Positions 24,719 to 32,000 of a stretch of 32,000 nt of DNA are shown here, piece after piece. This DNA is from Pseudoalteromonas translucida KMM 520 (GTDB lineage Bacteria > Pseudomonadota > Gammaproteobacteria > Enterobacterales > Alteromonadaceae), in the NCBI RefSeq assembly GCF_001465295.1, contig NZ_CP011034.1, positions 2,730,001 through 2,762,000 of the forward strand, written 5' to 3'. A program made the translations under genes and the position numbers. Under the pieces are notes generated by a model, which did not search any database, was not told the DNA's origin, and was given only the letters and a program-made list of their open reading frames with translations. Position 1 is the first letter of the stretch; every line of letters begins with the position of its first letter.

Positions 24719-25827
24719 GCGCCTAACTCCCGCTTAGTAATTACCGCTTTAAGCCAAGCGCCAAGTGGTCGCCCTTTAATTATTAATAGCCCGCCAATAA
24801 ATAAGGCACTTAAGTGAATCCACCAAAGGCCAATAGAGGGAGGTATTTTGCCATCTTCAACAGCAAATTTAGCAGCGTTTAGTAAAATAAAATAACCTAA
24901 GTACAAGCTAATTGCGGGCACTAACTTAGCAAATTTACCTTGGCGTGGGTTAACCACACTTAACGGTACTGCTAATAGTGTAAGCAGAGGAATAGAAAGT
25001 GGTATAGCAATACGCCATTGCCACTGCGCGGTAGCCTCTGGAGTATTAAGTGCCAACAATTGATTAGTAGGAATTGCTTCTAATTTACGGCGTTGGTGCT
25101 CTATTTCTTGCTCTCGTATTTGTACACTATAACCGTCAAACTCGGTTAAATTGAGCGCAGGCGTTAAGCCATCAGTTTCATAGCGTTTGCCGTCGCTAAG
25201 AACAAGTTGTTGTTCGCCATTTTGCGCTTCAATTACAACTCCTTGCTCTGCATAAACTAGGCGTGCAAGGTTGTCTTTTTCGCTATCGGGGAGTTGCGCA
25301 ACAAATACTTTATTAAGCTCTTTTCCACCGTTTTCAATGTTATGAATAAATACCACGGCTTTTTCGTTACCGGTTTGCTGAAAGCGACCAGCTCTTAATG
25401 CCGACAATCCTGCATCGGCTTTAGCTTGCTCTTTTAATTGGTACTCTTGCTCGCTTGCCCAAGGGGCTACATGCATAGTGAGCGCGGCGGCTAAAATAGC
25501 CAACCCCACACTTGATATAAGCGTCACTCTAACCACATACCATTCACTTACACCACAGGCTTTAAGCACGGTCATTTCGCTATCGGCGTAGATACGGCTG
25601 TAGGCCAAAATTATGCCTAAAAATATACTCAACGGTAAAATTAACGAGGCTAACTGCGGCAATTTAAGTGCGATCATCGATAGCACTAATTTAGCAGGAA
25701 TACTGCCCTCAGAGGCATCGCCTAAAATACTAACTAACTTTTGCGACAAAAAAATGGTCATCAAAGTTAAAAATACGGCGACCTGCGATTTTAAAACCTC
25801 AGCAGTCAAATAACGAAAAATAAGCAA
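24715..25827 (-). CDS. lptF: LPS export ABC transporter permease LptF
   Basis: 370 aa YjgP/YjgQ-family permease with N-terminus MLIFRYLTAEV. Divergent from pepA. Confidence 0.9.
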   Translation of the reverse strand: MLIFRYLTAEVLKSQVAVFLTLMTIFLSQKLVSILGDASEGSIPAKLVLSMIALKLPQLASLILPLSIFLGIILAYSRIYADSEMTVLKACGVSEWYVVRVTLISSVGLAILAAALTMHVAPWASEQEYQLKEQAKADAGLSALRAGRFQQTGNEKAVVFIHNIENGGKELNKVFVAQLPDSEKDNLARLVYAEQGVVIEAQNGEQQLVLSDGKRYETDGLTPALNLTEFDGYSVQIREQEIEHQRRKLEAIPTNQLLALNTPEATAQWQWRIAIPLSIPLLTLLAVPLSVVNPRQGKFAKLVPAISLYLGYFILLNAAKFAVEDGKIPPSIGLWWIHLSALFIGGLLIIKGRPLGAWLKAVITKRELGA

Positions 25828-26131
25828 TAGTCGCCCCTGTTAAACATGGTGTGTCACTGTAATAGTGAACGTTTATAGTTAGTCATAATTTTACTCAGCG
25901 TTGCCGAGCATAGATCTAATATTATAAGCCATGAAAATTAATTATCCTACCTAACAACACGATATAATGTTGCATTAGTGACCCTTAAGCAGATAAAGTT
26001 CAATTACACAGTAAGAGTCGGGCAAAATCAGCTAAGATTAGAGCTACACCTAAATAATTTAGGTATATAAGACTAAAAATATTTTTAGTTTCTGCTTAGC
26101 TTCTAAAGATGACTCAAAATCAGGAGTGACA

Positions 26132-27643
26132 ATGGAATTTAACGTAAAAAGTGGTAGCCCAGAAAAACAACGTAGCGCATGTATTGTAGTTGGTGTATAC
26201 GAGCCTCGTCGGTTATCCCCCATTGGTGAACAACTCGATAAAATCAGTGATGGTTATATCTCAAATTTACTTCGCCGAGGTGACCTAGAAGGAAAACCGG
26301 GCCAAGTTTTATTATTGCACCATGTACCTAATATTTTAAGCGAGCGCATATTGCTTGTAGGGTGTGGTAAAGAGCGCGAGCTTGACGATAAGCAATATAA
26401 ACAAATTATTTCTAAAACAATAAATACCTTAAACGACACCGGCTCTATGGAAGCGGTATGCTTTTTAACAGAGCAACACGTTAAAGGTCGCGATACCTAC
26501 TGGAAAGTACGCCAAGCGGTAGAAACCACCCAAGATTGTTTATACACCTTTAATCAACTAAAAAGTAAAACAGTAGACCCACGTCGTCCGCTGCGTAAAA
26601 TGGTGTTTAATGTTCCAACGCGTCGCGAGCTAACTATAGGCGAAAGCGCTATTGAGCATGGTTTGGCTATTGCTGCAGGTAGTAAGCTGTGTAAAGACGT
26701 AGCAAATATGCCACCTAATATTTGTAATCCTGCGTATTTAGGCGAGCAAGCACAACAGCTAGCAACTAATTTTGACAATATTACTGTTGATCTAATCGGC
26801 GAAGAGCAAATGGCTGAGCTAGGTATGAACTCTTACTTAGCTGTTGGTCGCGGTAGTGTTAACGAATCGGTTATGTCGGTAATTAACTACAAAGGTGGCG
26901 CAGACGATCAAGCTCCTATCGTATTAGTTGGTAAAGGCTTAACCTTCGATTCGGGCGGTATTTCATTAAAACCTGGCGAAGGTATGGACGAAATGAAATA
27001 CGACATGGGCGGGGCTGCAGGTGTTATTGGTGCAATGCGTGCACTGGCACAAATGCAGTTACCTATTAATGTGATTGGTATTTTAGCCGGCTGCGAAAAT
27101 ATGCCGGGGCCAAATGCATATCGTCCAGGTGACATTTTAACCACTATGTCGGGGCAAACCGTTGAAGTATTAAATACTGATGCCGAAGGCCGCTTAGTAT
27201 TATGTGATGCACTAACCTATGTAGAGCGTTTTGAGCCAGAAACCGTTATTGATGTAGCCACATTAACAGGTGCTTGTATTGTAGCACTAGGCGCACATGC
27301 AACCGGTTTACTCTCTAACCATAACCCACTTGCGCATGAGTTGTTAAAAGCATCGGAGCAAAGTGGCGACCGTGCATGGCAACTACCGCTATGGGACGAC
27401 TATCAAGATCAACTAGAGAGCCCATTTGCCGACTTTACTAACTTAGGGGGCCGTGCAGCTGGTACTATTACCGCAGCGTGTTTTTTATCTAAGTTTACTA
27501 AAAAGTACAACTGGGCACATTTAGATATTGCAGGCACAGCCTGGCGCAGTGGCGCTAAAAAAGGCGCAACAGGCCGTCCTGTTCCTATGCTTACTCAATA
27601 TTTATTAAACAGAGCCGGCGTAAGCGAAGCCGCTCAAGATTAA
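26132..27643 (+). CDS. pepA: leucyl aminopeptidase (M17)
   Basis: M17 signature NTDAEGRL and metal ligands. Strongly collinear with enterobacterial PepA from [15 protein letters not shown]. The ATG at 26132 follows CAGGAG with 5-nt spacing, whereas the track ORF uses an upstream GTG at 26126. Confidence 0.93.
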   Translation: MEFNVKSGSPEKQRSACIVVGVYEPRRLSPIGEQLDKISDGYISNLLRRGDLEGKPGQVLLLHHVPNILSERILLVGCGKERELDDKQYKQIISKTINTLNDTGSMEAVCFLTEQHVKGRDTYWKVRQAVETTQDCLYTFNQLKSKTVDPRRPLRKMVFNVPTRRELTIGESAIEHGLAIAAGSKLCKDVANMPPNICNPAYLGEQAQQLATNFDNITVDLIGEEQMAELGMNSYLAVGRGSVNESVMSVINYKGGADDQAPIVLVGKGLTFDSGGISLKPGEGMDEMKYDMGGAAGVIGAMRALAQMQLPINVIGILAGCENMPGPNAYRPGDILTTMSGQTVEVLNTDAEGRLVLCDALTYVERFEPETVIDVATLTGACIVALGAHATGLLSNHNPLAHELLKASEQSGDRAWQLPLWDDYQDQLESPFADFTNLGGRAAGTITAACFLSKFTKKYNWAHLDIAGTAWRSGAKKGATGRPVPMLTQYLLNRAGVSEAAQD

Positions 27644-27662
27644 GCATACCACTTAGCTACTT

Positions 27663-27695
27663 AATAAGGCGCCGTTTGGCGCCTTATTTATTTGG
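27663..27695 (+). terminator. rho-independent terminator after pepA
   Basis: Stem aataaggcgcc/ggcgccttatt (27663-27688), followed by a T-rich tract. Confidence 0.6.
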
Positions 27696-27800
27696 GTATT
27701 AATTGAAGCAAAACCCGTTATATGGCAAAATCAGCCTCTTAATTTATGTGTATTAACTAGCGACACATTCAATGTCATGGGAAACCCCGATACAATGAAC

Positions 27801-28241
27801 ATGAACGCCCAATTTTTCGTTCTAAAGCAACAAGATGAGTCGCTGGCTAAGCCTGATGATCATTTTGCTTTGGCGGCTCAAATTGCCGCTGATCAGTATC
27901 GGCTTGGCCAACGTGTATTTATTTGTGTAGATAACGAAAATACCGCCTTTGCCATTGATGAAACACTTTGGGCATTTGATCCCGACAGTTTTGTACCTCA
28001 CAACCTACAAGGTGAAGGCCCAAAAGGCGGCGCACCGGTAGAAATTGGTACTACGCCCCCTGTTGGCAATCGTAAAGTTTTAATTAACTTGGCTAATAAC
28101 TTACCGGATTTTATTCGCCGCTTTAACCAAGTTTTTGATTTTGTACCCGTAGAAGCCGTTGCTAAACAAGCAGCTCGCGAGCGTTTTAAAAAGCTACGCC
28201 AACTCGGTGCCAACATCACCACGCAAGATATTAATAACTAA
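27801..28241 (+). CDS. holC: DNA polymerase III chi subunit
   Basis: Collinear with HolC (FVPHNLQGEGPKGGAPVEI, FDFVP, ARERFKK). The start is uncertain: the ATG at 27801 gives the conserved MNAQFFVL N-terminus, with alternatives at 27795 and 27777. Confidence 0.85.
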   Translation: MNAQFFVLKQQDESLAKPDDHFALAAQIAADQYRLGQRVFICVDNENTAFAIDETLWAFDPDSFVPHNLQGEGPKGGAPVEIGTTPPVGNRKVLINLANNLPDFIRRFNQVFDFVPVEAVAKQAARERFKKLRQLGANITTQDINN

Positions 28242-28301
28242 AAACACTTTTAGTAAAATAGCTAACCAACTAATTTAAGTACTTATTTAAGGTTCTGTGT
28301 A

Positions 28302-31157
28302 ATGGATAAAACCTACAATCCGCAAGATATTGAACAGTCTCTATACCAAGGCTGGGAAGAAAAAGGCTACTTTAAACCATCTGGCCAAGGCGTCCCGTAT
28401 TCAATTATGATCCCGCCGCCAAATGTCACTGGTAGCTTACACATGGGCCACGCTTTCCAAGACACTATAATGGATACCTTAACGCGCTTTAAACGTATGC
28501 AAGGTAACAATACATTATGGCAAGTAGGTACTGACCACGCAGGTATTGCAACGCAAATGTTGGTTGAGCGTAAACTGCATGCTGAAGAAGGTAAAACACG
28601 CCACGATTTAGGCCGCGAAGATTTTATTAATAAAATCTGGGAATGGAAAAAAGAATCGGGCGGCACAATCACTAAGCAACTTCGTCGTCTTGGCGCATCG
28701 GTTGATTGGGATCGCGAACGCTTTACCATGGACGATGGCCTATCTGAAGCCGTTAAAGAAGTGTTTGTACGCCTGCACAAAGAAAACCTAATTTACCGTG
28801 GCAAACGCCTAGTAAACTGGGATCCTAAATTACATACTGCTATTTCTGATCTTGAAGTTGAAAACAAAGACAAGCAAGGTCACATGTGGAACTTACGTTA
28901 TCCACTAGCCGACGGTGTTAAAACGCAAGATGGTAAAGACTACATAGTAGTAGCAACAACTCGTCCAGAAACTATGCTGGGCGACTCGGGCGTTGCAGTA
29001 AACCCTGATGACGAACGCTACTTAGATTTAATTGGTAAAGAGATTTTATTACCCATTGTTAATCGCCGTATTAAAATTGTCGCCGATGAACATGCCGATA
29101 AAGATAAAGGCACGGGCTGTGTAAAAATAACCCCAGCGCACGACTTTAACGATAATGAAGTGGGCAAGCGTCATCAAATGCCGATGATCAACATTTTCGA
29201 TAAAGACGCCGCTATTCTTACTCAAGGCGAAACCTATAGTTTTGATGGCAAAGAACTTGAGTTTGATGCGCCAATTCCTGAGCGCCTACACGGGCTTGAC
29301 CGTTTTGCTGCGCGTAAAGCGATTGTAGCTGAATTTGAAGAACTAGGCTTACTTGAAAAAATTGAAGATCATGGTTTAACCGTTCCTTACGGCGACCGTT
29401 CGGGTGTGGTAATTGAGCCACTGCTTACCGATCAATGGTATGTACGCGTTGCACCTCTTGCAGAGCCGGCTAAAGAAGCGGTTAAAAACGGCGACATTCA
29501 ATTTGTACCTAAACAATACGAAAACATGTACTTTTCGTGGATGAACGACGTACAAGATTGGTGTATTTCACGCCAGCTTTGGTGGGGCCACCGCATTCCA
29601 GCTTGGTACGACAGCGAAGGCAACGTATTTGTTGGTCGCGATGAAGCTGAAGTTCGCCGCGAAAACAACATTGCAGACAGCGTAACATTAAGCCAAGATG
29701 AAGACGTACTAGATACCTGGTTCTCATCAGCGCTTTGGACGTTCTCAACTCAAGGTTGGCCTGCAAACACTGATGATTTAAAAACCTTCCACCCGTCTGA
29801 CGTATTGGTAACTGGTTTTGATATTATTTTCTTCTGGGTTGCACGCATGATCATGATGACGCTGCACTTTATAAAAGACGAAAATGGCAAACCACAAGTG
29901 CCGTTTAAAACCGTGTATGTAACTGGTTTAATACGTGACGACAACGGCGATAAAATGTCTAAGTCAAAAGGTAACGTACTTGATCCACTGGACATGATTG
30001 ACGGCATTGAACTTGAAGAGTTAGTACAAAAGCGTACTGGTAACATGATGCAGCCAAAACTAGCGGCTAAAATCGAAAAAGATACTCGCAAAGTATTCGC
30101 TGGCGGCATTGAAGCACATGGCACCGACGCCCTTCGCTTTACGCTTGCAGCAATGGCCTCTACCGGTCGCGATATTAACTGGGACATGAACCGCCTTGAA
30201 GGTTACCGTAACTTCTGTAACAAACTATGGAACGCGAGTCGTTACGTATTAATGAACACAGAAGAGCAAGACTGTGGCTTTGCAACCGATGCACAAAAAG
30301 AGTTGTCGTTAGCCGATCGCTGGATTTTAGGTCAATTTGAGTCAACTGTTAAAAGTTATACTGAGCATTTAGATAATTACCGCTTTGACTTAGCAGCTAA
30401 CACGCTGTACGAGTTTACTTGGCACCAATTTTGCGATTGGTACTTAGAGCTAACTAAACCGGTATTATTTAAAGGCAGTGAAGAGCAGCAACGTGGCACA
30501 CGTAATACACTAATTACCGTACTTGAAAGCTTGTTGCGTTTAATGCACCCAATGATGCCATACATCACCGAAACTATTTGGCAACGTGTAGCACCACTTG
30601 CAGGCCTTGAAACAGAGAACACCAGTATTATGGTACAAGCATTCCCTGTTTATAATGCAGCTAGCGTTGATGCCAAAGCAATGGACGATTTAGAATGGGT
30701 TAAACAATTCATTTTAGCAATTCGTAACATTCGTGGTGAAATGGACATTAGCCCAAGTAAGCCGCTTAGCGTACTACTTGCAAATGCTTCGAGCGACGAC
30801 GTGCGCCGCATTGAGGAGAACAACTCATTTTTAGCATCACTTGCAAAAATTGAAGAGTTCACCATGCTTGAAAATAAAGATGATGCGCCTGCGTGTGCAG
30901 CATCTTATGTTGGTAATCTTGAAATTATGATCCCAATGGCGGGTTTAATTGACGTAGAAGCCGAGCTTTCACGTATTAATAAACAACTCGAAAAAGCCGA
31001 AAAAGGCCTAGCACAAGTGCAAAACAAACTCGCTAACGAAAAGTTTGTTAACAACGCACCAGAAGCGGTACTTGCTAAAGAAAATGCCAAACTAGCTGAG
31101 TTTAGCGACGCTAAAACCAAGCTACTTGAGCAAAAAGCAAAAATAGAAAGCTTATAA
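28302..31157 (+). CDS. valS: valyl-tRNA synthetase
   Basis: 951 aa with HIGH-type motif ([11 protein letters not shown]), KMSKS, and a C-terminal coiled-coil tail. Confidence 0.97.
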   Translation: MDKTYNPQDIEQSLYQGWEEKGYFKPSGQGVPYSIMIPPPNVTGSLHMGHAFQDTIMDTLTRFKRMQGNNTLWQVGTDHAGIATQMLVERKLHAEEGKTRHDLGREDFINKIWEWKKESGGTITKQLRRLGASVDWDRERFTMDDGLSEAVKEVFVRLHKENLIYRGKRLVNWDPKLHTAISDLEVENKDKQGHMWNLRYPLADGVKTQDGKDYIVVATTRPETMLGDSGVAVNPDDERYLDLIGKEILLPIVNRRIKIVADEHADKDKGTGCVKITPAHDFNDNEVGKRHQMPMINIFDKDAAILTQGETYSFDGKELEFDAPIPERLHGLDRFAARKAIVAEFEELGLLEKIEDHGLTVPYGDRSGVVIEPLLTDQWYVRVAPLAEPAKEAVKNGDIQFVPKQYENMYFSWMNDVQDWCISRQLWWGHRIPAWYDSEGNVFVGRDEAEVRRENNIADSVTLSQDEDVLDTWFSSALWTFSTQGWPANTDDLKTFHPSDVLVTGFDIIFFWVARMIMMTLHFIKDENGKPQVPFKTVYVTGLIRDDNGDKMSKSKGNVLDPLDMIDGIELEELVQKRTGNMMQPKLAAKIEKDTRKVFAGGIEAHGTDALRFTLAAMASTGRDINWDMNRLEGYRNFCNKLWNASRYVLMNTEEQDCGFATDAQKELSLADRWILGQFESTVKSYTEHLDNYRFDLAANTLYEFTWHQFCDWYLELTKPVLFKGSEEQQRGTRNTLITVLESLLRLMHPMMPYITETIWQRVAPLAGLETENTSIMVQAFPVYNAASVDAKAMDDLEWVKQFILAIRNIRGEMDISPSKPLSVLLANASSDDVRRIEENNSFLASLAKIEEFTMLENKDDAPACAASYVGNLEIMIPMAGLIDVEAELSRINKQLEKAEKGLAQVQNKLANEKFVNNAPEAVLAKENAKLAEFSDAKTKLLEQKAKIESL

Positions 31158-31163
31158 TTTAGT

Positions 31164-31190
31164 TTCCGGGCATTAGCCCGGAACATTTTT
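31164..31190 (+). terminator. rho-independent terminator after valS
   Basis: Stem ttccgggc/gcccggaa with a 4-nt loop, followed by cattttt. Confidence 0.55.
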
Positions 31191-31199
31191 ATAGGCATT

Positions 31200-31239
31200 A
31201 AAAAAGCCGCGCTATGTAATTTCATAGCGCGGCTTTTTT
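31200..31239. terminator. bidirectional rho-independent terminator (valS and fadL)
   Basis: 12-bp stem agccgcgctatg/catagcgcggct (31205-31234), flanked by A5 and T6. Confidence 0.7.
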
Positions 31240-31242
31240 GTG

Positions 31243-31326
31243 GCTCTAAGCTCTAAGCTCTAAGCTCTAGGCTCTAGGCTCTAGGCTCTAGGCTCTAGGC
31301 TCTAGGCTCTAGGCTCTAGGCTCTAG
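31243..31326. repeat. heptanucleotide microsatellite: (GCTCTAA)x3 then (GCTCTAG)x9
   Basis: 12 perfect head-to-tail 7-bp units counted directly. Stop codons occur in all frames on both strands. It lies between the fadL stop and the shared terminator. Confidence 0.95.
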
Positions 31327-31333
31327 GCAAGTA

Positions 31334-32000
31334 TTAAAATCTATAGTTGTACTGTGCGCCAACTAATACAGCATGACCTTTTGATTCAAAAGACCACTGC
31401 TGACCAAGCTTATCAGTTTCTGTAAAGTTCTGTGTTTTACCGCGTAGTACACTCACACCTAAATCAAAGTCTGAATGCTGATCAATTGCATAGTTACCAC
31501 CAAACGAAAACCAAAAACGGTCTGTATCTGGGATAGAAATCGACATATGGTTTTTATCAGCTGGCGACTCATCAAACGCAACACCGGCACGTAATAATAG
31601 GTTTTCACTGTATTGGTAATCAGAGCCAATTGCGTAACGCATAGAATCTGAGTAGTTTTCTTCTTTTGTAAATGCAGGAATTGGAGCACCTATATCAGCT
31701 TCTAGCTTGTCAAAGCTACTCCAACCTGTCCACATTACACTGTAGTGTAAACCAAGCTTTTCATCTAACTGGTGCGAACCAGAAAATTCAGCAATAGCTG
31801 GTAACGTAATTTCAACACTACCAGGAATTGACGCACCTTCTGTACCACCTAATGCTGCTGGTAATTCGCTTGAGAAAGTTCCCTCAAAAGTAATATCGGT
31901 TTCGCTGCGGTAGTTAAAACCAAAGCGGCTGTTTTCATCAAGTTGATACATTAAGCCTAAATTTAAACCTAAACCAGTATCGTCACCTTCTAAGTGAACT
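31334..32000 (-). CDS. fadL: long-chain fatty acid outer-membrane transporter FadL/TodX family (C-terminal part; the gene continues beyond the window)
   Basis: Beta-barrel pattern and a C-terminal YNYRF beta-signal. The frame stays open upstream of the track Met to the window edge. Confidence 0.75.
   Translation of the reverse strand, partial: VHLEGDDTGLGLNLGLMYQLDENSRFGFNYRSETDITFEGTFSSELPAALGGTEGASIPGSVEITLPAIAEFSGSHQLDEKLGLHYSVMWTGWSSFDKLEADIGAPIPAFTKEENYSDSMRYAIGSDYQYSENLLLRAGVAFDESPADKNHMSISIPDTDRFWFSFGGNYAIDQHSDFDLGVSVLRGKTQNFTETDKLGQQWSFESKGHAVLVGAQYNYRF

Overview
The window looks like a chromosomal segment of an AT-rich marine gammaproteobacterium. Gene order and protein sequences resemble Alteromonadales or Pseudoalteromonas, but that is inference only. 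Both ends are housekeeping. The left end (all on the - strand) carries tyrS, a LuxR-type regulator co-oriented with a membrane desaturase-like protein, a secreted M20 amidohydrolase and a quinol-type nitric oxide reductase. The right end carries tRNA-Leu(CAA), an RDD protein, lptG-lptF divergent from pepA-holC-valS, and the 3' part of fadL. The middle (about 8.3-22.2 kb) is the interesting part. It is an expanded version of the E. coli ygbI/ygbJKLMN-type locus for catabolism of four-carbon acid sugars (L-threonate/D-erythronate to DHAP). Its parts, in order, are a DeoR regulator, a porin with an N-terminal coiled coil plus a translationally coupled mini-lipoprotein, then ltnD-otnK-otnC. Next come a class II FBP aldolase and class 1 FBPase pair, and an internally deleted ltnD remnant. 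The locus ends with a second otnK-otnC pair followed by otnI, denD and a GntP permease. Four things stand out. (1) The two otnK paralogs are mosaic: I counted 11 mismatches over the first 716 nt, and divergence then rises abruptly at what appears to be the boundary between the sugar-binding and nucleotide-binding domains. (2) The same promoter/operator module (TTGACG-17-TATAGT followed by TTAAC-N5-TTAAC) occurs three times. (3) The ltnD pseudogene has become a leader for the second operon. (4) Two tandem units of 121 and 118 bp sit beside tRNA-Leu with the spacing of a tRNA array but are not tRNAs. A 12-unit heptanucleotide microsatellite lies between valS and fadL. I found no transposase, integrase, CRISPR array or rRNA.
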